From Phoronis australis (lineage: Eukaryota > Animalia > Phoronida): a DNA stretch of 64,000 bases. The stretch lies in assembly GCA_002633005.1 (NCBI GenBank), contig NMRA01000314.1, positions 158,898 to 222,897 on the forward strand, read 5' to 3'. Below are positions 11,909 through 24,697 of this stretch, one piece after another. The notes below the pieces were generated by a model. The model was not told the origin of the DNA and ran no database searches. It saw only the letters and a list, made by a program, of their open reading frames with translations. Numbering within the stretch: position 1 is the first letter of the stretch; each line of letters starts with the position of its first letter. A program made the translations under genes and the position numbers.

Positions 11909-12419
11909 CTGTCACGGTCAGCACACACACGCACACGCACGCACACACACACACACACATACTCGTATTGCATGCGAAGTCAGGACCATATACAGAAACC
12001 ACGATGTGGGGACCCACCTTCCCAAATATCCAGGAGGATTCTTGCCGAGTGTCAACGTTCCTTGACAAGTACCGTTAAACATAACCATCAAAGGAAATCC
12101 GTAGATGTTAGAACTTCTTATACAAATGAGATGGAAGTTTACCAACAAAGTGAGGACGGACTTGTGAGGACCCAGTGTTAAGTCCTCACATCGTAGCCTG
12201 ACTTAACCAACAAAGTGAGGNTTTGACGCAAATACAAACACACGCGCGCGCGCGCACGCACACGCAAGCACACACACACACAATTAGCTGAGCAATTATA
12301 TGTAATTTTAAGTAAGCAACTGCTTTAACGGCCTAAACTTTTTATTTAGACCAAATGTAATTTCTTTCCGTAAAATACTGTAACATGATTTTAACTCCCA
12401 AAAATGTTTTTTATTATTA

Positions 12420-14180
12420 TTTTATTTTTCTTCTATGTATTTGTTATCATTGATAAACAATTACAAAAACGCAAACAAGCTCATCCATTCATACACACAT
12501 GCACACCTAAGGAAAGACCATTCTCGTATTTTGTATGAAGTAAAACGCATGCTACGTGGAATTAATGTGAGCCCATTTCCCAGAGAAACTCTCATACACA
12601 AATTTTATATACGCAATTAATTTTTCAGCGTTATAGTATTCGTGAGTATACATGTACGTAACAAACTCGTGAATATTAGATACACTTTTGTGGCATATCA
12701 CCTCTAAGTGTACTGTTTGGCTAGTAATAGCAAAATGTTAAATAGGAAATCGTGTCTCATCACGTCCAAGAAGAACATCTTTGTAAGAGAAACAGTTGGG
12801 AAGCTGAATGAGACATTTTGAAGTAGCTCTCTGAATTCCTTCTAAAAATCTTCTACAAGGCGACATTCCCCAAAAGGTGTGACAGCGTCCCTGGAGCTTT
12901 ATTACAAAGGGAACATGTATTAGNTGCTACGTGGAATTAATGTGAGCCCATTTCCCAGAGAAACTCTCATACACAAATTTTATATACGCAATTAATTTTT
13001 CAGCGTTATAGTATTCGTGAGTATACATGTACGTAACAAACTCGTGAATATTAGATACACTTTTGTGGCATATCTCCTCTAAGTGTACTGTTTGGCTAGT
13101 AATAGCAAAATGTTAAATAGGAACATCTTTGTAAGAGAAACAGTTGGGAAGCTGAATGAGACATTTTGAAGTAGCTCTCTGAATTCCTTCTAAAAATCTT
13201 CTACAAGGCGACATTCCCCAAAAGGTGTGACAGCGTCCCTGGAGCTTTATTACAAAGGGAACATGTATTAGGAATCCCGAACTTGGATTTTGACTAAAAA
13301 AGTATTTGTAGCAATAATCCTGTATAATATTTTAAATTGGAACCATCTAATGTTTGGATCCTTTGAAATTTCGTAAGGCAAGGCGTATATTCTCTTCCAA
13401 TCTAAACTATCTCCTAACTCTATTTGCCCTTTACACTCTGAGTAGGAAGGTTTCTTGGTGTCGTTAAAAATAGAACAAACAAGTCTACAACCATGCACAT
13501 CCTTCCGTAACTATGTAATTGTTACGGACATGCAAGGAGAATAGATATTAACTCTTTTGAATTTATTTTGAAATGGACTTTGTGAGACCTTCTTAGAACA
13601 GAAAACAACACCATTATATTCTACAACGTTGATTTTCACATCGAACCCGTTTATCATATGGTCTAAATTTACGAAATCTCCATCAGAGGTATACATATCT
13701 CTGATAAATTTTAAGCTACAAATCGAGACCTATAAAAAACACTTCCGCATCCGATCCCCAAGTTACTATTAAACCAGAAGGGTTAATTCAAAAAGTCTTC
13801 TTCACTCGCAACGATTATTTTCTCATAAAAAGTGGCTACTACTTCCGAATACGTCGGGCTAATAGGAGTTATCAATGAAAGTCAACTTCAACTTAATAAA
13901 GTCTTCTCCATATGAAGCAAAATTCTTTAAAAACAGGTAGAGTGAGTATTGTAACTGATCACTTTTAGACCCGGGGCTTGAAAGCCATCTACGGGCCATG
14001 GCTTTGCTGAAAGTATGTATATTAACACTTTGAAGTCCTCCTTGATATAGTCCTCAACAGGCCCTGGTTCGTTTAATTTCATCATTACGAGCCTGACATA
14101 CATATCTAAAGAATATCGTATTCAATTCATCTGAGACCTCTACTGGTGGATTTGGTAAACTTGACAAAAAATTAAATTTC
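12420..14180 (-). mobile_element. Decayed L1/Tx1-clade LINE, 3' part of ORF2 (zf-RVT-like region)
   Basis: LDWKRIYALPYEISKDPNIRWFQFKILYRIIATN motif; frameshifted upstream fragments; A-rich tail on the minus strand. Confidence 0.75.
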
Positions 14181-14559
14181 GACTGCTATTCTGTGGCTGG
14201 AACTGAAAAGATATTAGAGGGCAAACTACATATAGTCCCGGAATCTATCCAGGGCCAAAGGTGCTTATAAAGAATGACTATTGTAATTGTCATTGCGTTG
14301 ACCAATTTTGTGGAGAAGTCACTGATTGCATGGTACCGTACCCCAAGAGTCTCGCTTGACGAACAATAATAACAAAATGAAAATGAAACAATAAAATTAG
14401 ACGTGATTTGACAACCACAACACTTGATTAAAACTCAGTAGAGCAGGCAGCCGACAATTCTTATCGCAAATTCTCGCGACTAATCTCGGGGTCGCAAGCT
14501 CTTATAATATAATACATAGGCAACGTACGGGAGTTGGCACTCCAGGGCTAGAGTACTAT

Positions 14560-15212
14560 GAGACAGTCAAGTTTATTTACAAATCCGCAGTGGCAAAATC
14601 AAGTTTTTACTTAGAAAATGTTGGCGCGATATCCTTTTTTAAGAAGGAAGCCTTCGATTTCGTTCATATTTTGTACCGAGGTGCACGTAAGGCATTAGCA
14701 GGCGCCACTCCATTTTGATAACTACCTTATTTTCAAGGTCACAGCCAGATCAAAATTTTATTTAGAAAATGGGGTTGGCGGAAACTAGGTTTTGTTCGCA
14801 TTCTGTAGCTAGGTGTAGTTGGGGCATCACCTAGCGCCTGTCGATTTTTCGTTACTGTCACGTCATTGTAAAGGTCATGTTAGGTCAAAGTGAGAAAAAC
14901 AAGCTTTTGTATTTAGCGAAAAGTTGTTGGTGGGATATCACAAGAATGAAGTTTTAGATTTTGATGACATTCTGCACCAAGGTGTAGGTAGGGCATATCC
15001 GGGTGTCAGTCGATTTTGGTGATATTGCTTTAAGGTCACAGCGAGAAATTCAAATTTGTAATTAGGAAATGTATAATTGTTTGGTTATATAGCCTTTTAA
15101 AGTTGGGTCTAACAATAGTTTTATTCCGTTCAAAATCATGACTACGTAAAAGTTAGAGATTTGAAATATTCATCCAGCGTGCAGTGGCAAGAGACAATTT
15201 AGTTACTCTTGT
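14560..15212 (+). repeat. Degenerate ~140-150-bp tandem array, probably a HINE/pearl-like remnant of a second family
   Basis: Recurrent AAGGTCAC/AGGTCA and tagaaaatg units; ends in CTCTTGTT like the HINE 3' ends. Confidence 0.5.
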
Positions 15213-15342
15213 TCTTACCGTTATCAACCGTGTATTTTCAAGGAAAGCACGTGTTTTGGGCTAGATTTTTGGTCGCCACGAGACAGCTACTAAACTCTAC
15301 GGCGGCTGTAAAAGGACGGTACGACAACTTTTTTCTCCGTTG

Positions 15343-15410
15343 CTAACTCTATTGATGGAATTATTAACTCTATCGATAGACTTATTAACTCTATCGATAG
15401 ACTTACTACA
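15343..15410. repeat. 21-bp minisatellite (TTATTAACTCTATCGATAGAC), about 3 units
   Basis: Directly visible tandem units. Confidence 0.8.
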
Positions 15411-15879
15411 TGTATCTCTCTTGATAGTCTAAAAGTCTAAAAATCAAGAACGTTACCAAAAATCCTAACTATTACATAGCGTGTAATAATGAAAACCCTT
15501 CTTGTAATAGTTGACTGATTAATTAACTTTGTGAATAATAAGAACATAAAAAGGAAATGAGGCCGAGTGGTAGACATCACATGAATGACTAATTACACCA
15601 ACAGGGAAATAGTATCAATGATTCAAAAATTGCTGGCGGATAAAGACAAGATTTTAAAATAAGGATCCCTCAAAGCCGTGAAGAATTAAGTCCAGTATTC
15701 GTCCAAAGTTATCCATCTTTGTACATTAATTAGACATTCGCTGCCCTCTGGTGTAAGTACATTCTTCAGTAAAAATTCCTGTTGCAATGACATCGATAAA
15801 ATATCTTAATTATTCCAACTGCCTTGGCGAAATTTGGCACACAGGCTCCTTATCTTATGTTTTTATTTTCTCTTTACAG

Positions 15880-16937
15880 TTACCCTATACATCTTGGTCG
15901 TGCTTGCCAAAGACAAATACCGCCGCCAATTGTTTCACTTGGAGGGTGGCATAAAAACTGCCGGTGCTGTTATTGGACCCCTGGTGCTGGAACCATTCCT
16001 ATCGAAGGAGGTGACGTCACGAAATGGTAGTGACTTCACGTCGTTGGCTAGCAACTCTTTCTACAAGTTAAATTCTACGGTTGAGGACGCCATTCGCTGG
16101 ACCCATTCTCAACTTTTCATTGGTTTTTCGATAATTGCTGCTGTTAATTGCGCAGTGGTAATCGTGTTGGTTTTAATTTATGGTTATAATCGAATTAATG
16201 ACAAAAACAAAATTGAAAAACACCCAAGTGACGGCACTTTCAAGGGAAACGTTGCTTTAATTACGCCACTTGTTGTTTTCTTTTTATTTACCACTATTTT
16301 GTTCGGGGCATTTCACACTTATGAAAGTTTCTTGACAATATACAGCGTCGAGTCAAAACTCCGGCTCCCTAAAAGTCAGGGTGTATTTATGACATCAGTA
16401 TTTTGGATTTCAGTAACCGTCAGCAGACTTGCAGCTGTTTCCGTGTCCAAATTTGTTCGGCCTATTTACATTGCTTGGTTTGACCTTGCTCTTGCCATGT
16501 TTGTTATAGCGGTTTTGGCTGCTTTTGCTCAAAAGACGAGCGCTTTACTGTGGATGGGCACCGTTTTCATCGGCTGTCTGTTAAGTACGGCCGGACCTTC
16601 AGTGTTGGCGTGGTCATTTTCTAATATCAATGATGATCCAGTCGTGTTAAGCCTCTACGTAGCTGGCATTGGTTTAGGCTATGCCATATTGCCGCCGTGG
16701 GTTGGTGTCTTAATTCAATACCTTGGACCACAATGTTTGTTTTACTCACTATTGATAGAGATCGCGGCTTCCCTTCTGTGCTTGGCGTTTTTGGTTAAGT
16801 TAGTGAGCTGGAAGGTAGAGTGCGCATGTCAAAAAAGTTCTGATGACACCGTTGCTGCACGGCCCACACATGATGACGAGGAGTACGCTTGCAGTAGTGT
16901 AATTGAAATTCTTACTAAGGTTATGTCAGGGCCGTAG
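15880..16937 (+). CDS. MFS transporter gene A, last coding exon; spliced product 491 aa, MFSD4/NAGLT1 (sodium-dependent glucose transporter 1)-like
   Basis: Polypyrimidine tract plus ttacag acceptor, phase 1 matching the previous exon; many TM segments; GAVIGPLVLEPFL and TSVFW motifs; exon lengths 132+286+1058=1476 nt, an intact frame. Confidence 0.88.
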
Positions 16938-16995
16938 GAAGAGGGGGTGCCTTTGGGGTACGTGTCCCCCACCCCCCCCCCCCNCCCCCCCTCCA
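16927..16995 (+). mobile_element. GC-rich MITE-like 5' end overlapping the gene A stop codon; extent uncertain (contains N)
   Basis: Starts CAGGGCCGTAG followed by G-run/C-run structure like the other GC-rich MITEs here; no counterpart after gene B. Confidence 0.45.
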
Positions 16996-19900
16996 AACAA
17001 AATGTGCAGGATTCAGGGTGGCAACCGACATACGTATAGGAGTGGGGCCGGGGACAGTCGTGAAAAGAAAGACTGTGAAACATGGAGATGAGAGAAAATT
17101 CAAGAGAACATTTGACAACGCAGTATCAGTGCATGGTTTACCCTTTGAGGGCCCTAGCCAGGCTATTGTTGTTACAAATGTACGTTCCCGTTTTTACAGC
17201 ATAGGTCGTCTAAACGCACTTGAAACCGCGCACTTAATCATTCATACATGCATTTCGAAAAATCGAGAAAATTTGTAAAGCGAAGTTTTTGCGGAGTTTA
17301 TTTATTCACTGGGTTTTAAATTCAATAAGACAATTTTGTTGAAAATACATCTTTTCTAGATGCATGGGATAACGGAGACAATTATCGTTCTATTTTTTAC
17401 TAGAAATTGAATATGGCTTGAGAAAAATTGATGACCTGACAGATGGCATCAATTGCTGCGCATTCCTGATGTTCGAAAACTAATATAGATCTTTTAATTA
17501 GAGGCCCAGCCCTTTAAGGGAACCATTTATGACATTCAAGTTACCACCATTTTCATGTTTTTATTGAAAAATTCTTAAGGGGCCGCTCACGGAGAGAGGA
17601 CCTAATGTTGGAATCAATTACCTCTATTTTAATTTTTTGTGAAATCGTACAACCGGTCGAGGAAGGTCACTTCTTGCAGGGTCACACGACGGCGGAATGA
17701 ACTGTCACTCCTAATGATGTTTAGCTTTTCATTTTAAGGTTTTTCATTTCAGACGGGACTCTCTCTCGGTGGTGCGGTTCTGGGGAATTGTCTCTTTGTC
17801 CCTGTATACATGTAAATCCGACATTGACAAGTATTTACGAGGGGAAACTGAGATTCCAAATTCATCAAAGACACAAAACATTCGTACACAGCACAGCCGT
17901 ATCAAGACATTCGATCCAAACAACCAAAAAATGTGAAAAATACAATAGGATTGACCGCCATAGAAAGGGTGGAATTTTGAAGACCACTATTTGTAAATCG
18001 CACAAAAGTACTATTTCCGATGGTTAGTTATTAAATAATGTTACATTTTCCTCATAGTATCTTTTGAAGATCGTAACTAGGAGTTGGTTATAAGGAATTC
18101 GCACATGTCGAAAAGACTGCCGAGGCTACGGTTTTTGATCGAACGGGTTCCTCAGAGTACTCGAAACCATAAACAAAGATTACAACGGGTTTTTTGGAGT
18201 TCAAGTTTAAGTCTTGAACCGTTATAGGTACCTCTGAGATGAGCAAAACCTTAACACGAATTCCCCATGTCTCCACAGTTACCCGTCAAAAATCTGAGTT
18301 AACTTTGGGACGCGAAATGGTACAGGGTCACCTTCCGTTCACAGGTTATAAAAAAGCATAAACGCCACTGAAATTATCTTACCTTTAATAGTAATGAACT
18401 TAACGTAATTGTTACAATTGTTTGCGGAATAATGGGCATGCCAAACAAGCTCGTTTCATTTAACTGTTTAAGTTGTCACGCCAAATGATCAACACACGAG
18501 AAACTCACTCTTTCGTGCACTCGATGAAAACCAATTAATTATACATGCTTCCAATTCCGTTAATAATATCTCGAACTTTTTTCAATGAATAGCTCTTAAG
18601 CAATGTTAGTTAATATTTATGCACCGGTTATAAATCTTTTGCATCTGCTTTCCATATGTTTTTTGTTTTAATGTGTACGTAATAGCATATCTAAATATTT
18701 GAATACTTATATTAAATACTACTTGCAGGCATTTATCTTTGGTATACTACAATGCAGATATACTGCTTCGAGATTTCTGGGTTTGTCATTATTTTCCTTG
18801 TATGTTCTGTGTATTCTTCGATAAATATATATCACATTGAAAAAATGATCAATAAACATTGTAACACATCAACAATTGCCTGATGCTTTTGTAATTCGGA
18901 GTAATTTGCTGTTCGGGGCGACTTGATTAAGCATATTTACTTCTGGAGGTCTTTAATTGTAAACCGTCCACTCAAAACGAAGGACACCGAGGTTATGATT
19001 TAAACTTAGTCGGTAATTCCTAATGTCAACGCGTTCCTTCACCGTATTTCAAAACAGACAAATGGCTTAATCGTTCTTGCGTCATACTGCACCTCAGTCA
19101 GCACGCTTTTATTCGTCCAGCTGTTGAGAAAGTTTTCTCTGCAGTAGCACTTAATGTAGCGGGGTTTACAGAAACGAGCTCACACAACCGTGATAAGAAT
19201 ATCGAAAATACACAAGCATGCTGTTCCTTTCAGCAAAACACTAAATGTGGTTAACTGTGCTGCCAAACTTGTGCTGATAACAAATTTCCCGCGAGTCGCC
19301 AACACTCGTTCTAGTACTTCCGGTTCTAGCCCTATGCCTCCTAGTTGCATTTATGAGGAGCGAAGAATGGGGGGCCATGGCCGCCCTAAAATTCTCCCGA
19401 ATGTCTGACGGGCAAAATCCTGGCTAATACTCTGCCCTGCTCCCAACCCTTGGTTTCGTGTAACTGGGCACAGGCCCCCCTGCTTGAATGTATGATGTCG
19501 TAAGGTGTGGATTTTCGAAACAAAGATATGGAAACGTTTGTTGGTTGGGGAGATGGGAGTCTGTTAATTGTTCAATTATATTTTAAAACAAAGTTTGTGC
19601 ACTGACAGTATTAATAATTAATTGTTAATTAAGAATATTAACACCTGGAATATTGGGGAAAGAAAGCTATTACCGCCCCCAATCTTTTGGTTGAGGAGCG
19701 CCCCCCGTTTTTGCTCCGACCTCTTTTTCAGCAGGTCTGTCTTATATTTAGTACAAAATCCTACAGGTTCTGTACCTGTCACCCTCCAATCACCTATTTT
19801 CACCCGTTTAGCTCTGATTACTGAGTCACACGTATGATATATTTCTCGTAATTTTTATTACCTTTACTGCACAAGTTTTTTCTTTGAAAAACACTTTGAA

Positions 19901-21473
19901 ACTAAATAAAGGCAAGGTTCACTAACTGGGACAAAGGCGATGCAGAAATGAGCGCAACGAAGGTCTTTAGTGGAGCAGGGAAGATGGACTTCATGTGAAC
20001 TTTCCGTGTTATGTTATAGGTAAAGTGTATCTGCACACACGAGTAGAAACTGGAGGCTAACCACTTTTTCGCTCATGTTCGACTAAAATTAATCTCCGCG
20101 GGCTGCAATATGTACCTTTGTTGATGAACTGTCAGTTTAAGACATTTAAAAAAAACATTTATTTCACAAGTAGCGACGCGTGTATTAATACTGGATAGAC
20201 AATCAAATCAGCTGATTTGAATTACAGCTATCTTCCACAAAAGATCGATTTTTGTGGGAAAAAGAGCACACCTAAAATAAGTGACTGTTGTGGGTGGGCC
20301 ATTGTCTGGCTATCTCTTCCATAAAATATATCGAAAAAAATCATAACACTTCAGAATCCAGCACAGTATACAGCATAATTGTCATTAAATGTTTAATATA
20401 CCTTACTGGTGACGTATGCCTTGACTCGTTAGCTTTGAAATGCGGGAGTTTGACGAAAACAGAGAGATTTAAACAGCTGTAAATCCATTAACATTCCTTC
20501 ACTGGAAGTAGCCATGTTGGAGAACTAGTTTGACCTATTATACAACTGACCAATAGAATGCATTGTTTCTTGAAATGACAACAGTCCATGATATCCCAAG
20601 TGTAACAGGAATGCTTTCATCTCTGTCTCTGTATTAGCATGACACCTCTTGGTCATCGGCGGTACTAGTGTATTGGTATATTTTGGACATACCTGATTTG
20701 ATCGGGGACCATGAATTCCAAGAACTTTAACTTGGTGACTTGTCATTGGCCCGGTTTGCCATGTGACAGCCTCTATAAATAGTGGACCACCTCGAGGTTT
20801 CGGGAGTTCGGTCACTTTTTCTAGCGTCGTACAGGCGCCACATTTAGACTCAACCAAATTCAACCGAGGCGGTGCTCGCAGATATGGATGGATGCCCAAG
20901 CCCACTAACTTAGGTTAAGTCCTTTAAACTTTTGACTATATCTCCAAATTCACCAAAATCAAGTGATTGTTCTCGGGTTCTCCCCACGAAACGTTGGGGC
21001 TTAATTGTCTAACAAGACACATCAATCACAAACGCACACTCCCGCATTTACACCACAGAACAAAGGCCGGCAGTGTTCGACAACGAAATTCAAGAATGCT
21101 TGTAAGTAAACGTACATGCAACTGTACTGTTTCGTTTCGTTTCGTTAATAAATGCTATATACTAAAACATGGCGACTGTTTCCCTTGACTTAAAAAGTTC
21201 ATTCGTTTTACTAAAATAGTTCACGAGTCCCGTCCGGGCTCGATAACTACACGCGCACGTCAGCGTCACGGTTACACCAGGAATACAGACGGAAAAGTGC
21301 GCTGTAGTAGACCCCAACCAATCTAGAGGGTATGTGCAAGAGATTAGAGGGTCTGTGCAGATTTCCCGCAAGAAAGTCACAGTGACTGTGAGCAGCGCCA
21401 ACTGTTAGTATGGCGTCATTGCATGCTGCGCCATCTATTAGTTGTAAAGGTTTTGGGTGAGCAGGTACCTTTC

Positions 21474-21617
21474 CATGGGCGGCGCAGCACTGAAATAAGT
21501 GGGGGGCTATAGCCCCTCTAGCCCCAGTGTGGTGCACAACCCTTAGACCATGAGCGGTGCAGCATTGAACTAAGTGGAGGACAATAGCCCCCAGCCCCCC
21601 ATGGTGCGCCGCTCATG
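21474..21617 (-). mobile_element. Dimeric GC-rich MITE, copy 3 (inverted)
   Basis: Reverse-complement match to 5657-5797; flanks ctttc/ctttt. Confidence 0.75.
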
Positions 21618-21869
21618 CTTTTGCGTGCCGACCTCGGCTTACCGGATATAAGTATGCGCACGCCAACATCCTGAAAAATGCCAGCTTACAGCCAATTGAA
21701 ACCGCGAAAGTAGTGCGCTGTACCTGGGGCTTCATACGTTATCCGTGACATCAGAGGGTTAGCCCTGGGAACCAGGTTGGGGTTCTATGATGTAACTATC
21801 TCATTGCGCTGGCATGCGCGTAATGTCAGCGGTTCAAAAGTGTTTTAATTGGTCAACGTTCGCTATTCC

Positions 21870-21962
21870 GCCGGGCTCGCCGACCACGAGAGACACTCTA
21901 TACTCGAGATCCAACACCACAAACACTACGTTCTTTAGGAGCACATTCAACTAAATTACAGG
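21870..21962 (+). other. Putative non-coding first exon of MFS gene B; 5' boundary approximate
   Basis: Paralogous to 5320-5410 with the GTAAGA donor retained at 21963; intron homology continues to ~22460. Confidence 0.55.
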
Positions 21963-23338
21963 GTAAGACCCGTTTTACTACACTGCTGTGGTCGCACGGA
22001 AGACAGTGGTCATATCCTTCTATTTTTTATATTTTTGTTCATCAATATTTCACGGCACGTAATTTTAGAGTTAACAACGCGATACTTTGGTAACCTACAC
22101 TTGTTACTTCCAAAAAGTGTAGAGCTGACGGTCAAAACCATAAAGCTATCGGGTTTTCAGAGCGTAGTTAGTTGGCCATTTAGGAAAGCGTGTCTTGTAT
22201 GTTATAATTACATTCTTGTATATGCCAACTGGTCCAAGATCATTAGCGGGACATTTTTCAGACTCAGTCAGGTTAAAAAATGGAAAAAATAACATTTTAG
22301 AAACAATTTCGGTTTACGCTCAGAACAGTATTAAAATCATGCTTTCTTTCCAATAATAACTATTCATTTAGTCCACTATTCATTATGTCGTCCTCTTGGG
22401 CCTTACTCAGTTTACAAACAATCTCTTAGCTCGGGAAGAACTGATAGTTCGTTACTGCTTCAGCCACGACAGTGATCATCCATCTGTCTTTGAGTGGAAT
22501 GTGTCTAAAAATTCGGTTATTTTAACTGTAATCTGTGATTACACGTCATTGCAAATATGTATGTATGTATATATATATTTATTTCTGACTAGAGTGTTTT
22601 TTAAATGCAGAATCTAGACTATTTTTACTGAGTGCCGTAGTGTTTTGGTTCCGTTCTTTCCAAACATCCACATGAAAATAAATGCTTGATACAACACTGT
22701 ATGCCCCGAAATTGTTGTTTTCAATGCACAGTTAAGAAATGTTATCAGATAAGTACATGTGCCGTGACAATTCTCGTGCTGTTCACTGGTGGTTACACTG
22801 TACATTGTAAGCGGTGTGCCGTAAACTGTGTTAATCTAAATTTGAAAACATGCTTTGTACTTAGTCACGTTTAATTTATGGTAGGACCCTGGCCAAACGA
22901 CTCTGAAAAATTTTGAAAACGCACACTTTAATTTATTCACACAGATAGACTTTCTCTCCACACGTACATGAACAATGTACATGTTCAATGTACATGTTCA
23001 ATGCAAGCACTGAACGCATAACTAAAATTGTGCTCACTAAAGAATGGATTTTTTAAAACGCCGTATTCACCGTATTCGTGTCAAATTGCGAAAATATTGA
23101 CTTTTTGTACGTACAGTTATTGCCCTTTAGTGAACATGCCGAAAAACTAACGTCACAGTCGTACAACGCTGCATGTGCAGAGGATTTTCTATAAAAAAGC
23201 TCCCGTGCTGGGTGATTTTTTTAGGATCGGGCGCGTTTTCGGAAACTGATAGGTCTTTTCTCCAGCGGCGCACATTACAGTGTAGAAGTATTTCGCGTTT
23301 TAGGAACGCGACAGAACAATATAATCTTGCGTGGCAAC

Positions 23339-23494
23339 CAGTGCTGTAGTGGTAAAATTAGAGGTAAGCAGGCGCCCAAAGCTCACCGTATGACCTTGAG
23401 CACTGAAAGTAACGTGCGGTGCGTAGGCGCTACGTTCAAATGCCAAAAGGTGGTTGGCTGCACCTACGTGCGCCTACGCCCCACTACAGCACTG
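23339..23494 (+). mobile_element. hAT-type MITE
   Basis: Perfect 14-bp TIR CAGTGCTGTAGTGG and perfect 8-bp TSD GTGGCAAC. Confidence 0.92.
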
Positions 23495-24307
23495 GTGGCA
23501 ACTGGAAACACAGAAAAATGGCTGGAGGCTATACATCACAGTCGACTGATATGCATGCTGTCAATCAAAAAATTGGGCGTCATTTGACAAAATAAAATGG
23601 CCAAATCCTGCGCTGTTAAGCATCACCAGTCGTTTTTAATCTCAAAAAGTGCGCGTGTGTGATTTTTCTTAGTTCATACCATGTCACCATGGACGCCTGG
23701 TTCCGTGCAGAACAGGTCGTCGACTCCTAGCGGTCAGGTAGGACAATAATTCGTGATCTATGCTGTACAATGTAAGCATGTGCACGCTGTTATGCTACAT
23801 TTTTCATCACTTCAGTTTTTCAACTTTGTAAATTTATTGTGATTTGTTGTCTTTGCCAGTTCATTTGTACCTTACTTATACTTATATTCTTTGCGGACCC
23901 AAGTGGTCAATAAATTACTACTACAACTACTGTCACTGCCACTGCTACTGTTACTAAACGTGACAGCAAATAGAATTGTCTCGAAACAGGGGACAGAGTA
24001 GGGAGAATTGATTGTTCATCTCATGTCCCACTATATGCGGATGTCGATAGCCAAGACTTAGAAATCTCACATTTACCTATTTGCAGCGTAACATTTTGTT
24101 AGTATTGGAAATTGGTGATTTTAATTGTGTCATTTGAGTAGTTTTAACTCACTTCGCTCTGCAAAATGCCCGTGAAACGCTGTGACGGAATTTGCTACAG
24201 TGACTTGAGATACAGCGACCGGGACAGCACGGGGTCTAACTTAGCTGAACACACAGTGTATCCAGTCTGTATGAAGACTGTCGTCAAAATTTTTGTGACA
24301 ACTACGC

Positions 24308-24697
24308 ATCAGCAAAATTTGTTCTGAAATTCGGTTTTTCGGTATCGAAATTCTGAAAACTTATAATGAAGTGAAATCTGTTCCAATAATTTGTTGTGAC
24401 GTATACGCAACCTCGTGAAAGAACAACTGTTGATTGAAGAATCGGGGAAAAAAGAAACTGGCCAATAGGTGACCCGATATTTCATGGCGCCGAAAGCCAA
24501 CGCAGGAGGTCGCTCCACAAATTTAGCAGCAGAATAACGGTAGAACGCCATTTTTCCAACACCGTTAAATAACTTAGTTTGCTCAAGGAAGACTGTAGTT
24601 TTTAATGACACTAATTTTGTGTCCGTTTTTATCTTACCACTTTTTTACCCATCGGTGCAAAGCTGTATATTTAATATATAGCTTTAATCCAAGGCTA
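24308..24697 (+). repeat. Dispersed ~390-bp repeat, 5'-truncated copy of 31953-32351
   Basis: High identity to 31962-32351, sharing the CCAAGGCTA end. Confidence 0.8.

Noticed and set aside
15834-15879. ORF-track N-terminus of the 367-aa ORF (and 53004-53028 of the 315-aa ORF) as a true start
   Set aside because: These bases are the polypyrimidine tract and acceptor of an intron; the exon phases join cleanly to upstream exons.
18851-18856. AATAAA as the gene A polyadenylation signal
   Set aside because: The hexamer is frequent in this AT-rich sequence and cannot be assigned without transcript data.
20525-21190. Minus-strand 126-aa ORF with an internal CAG|GTATGT donor, possibly a DNA-transposon accessory gene remnant
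   Set aside because: Only a vague motif impression and no termini identified; not supportable without a search.
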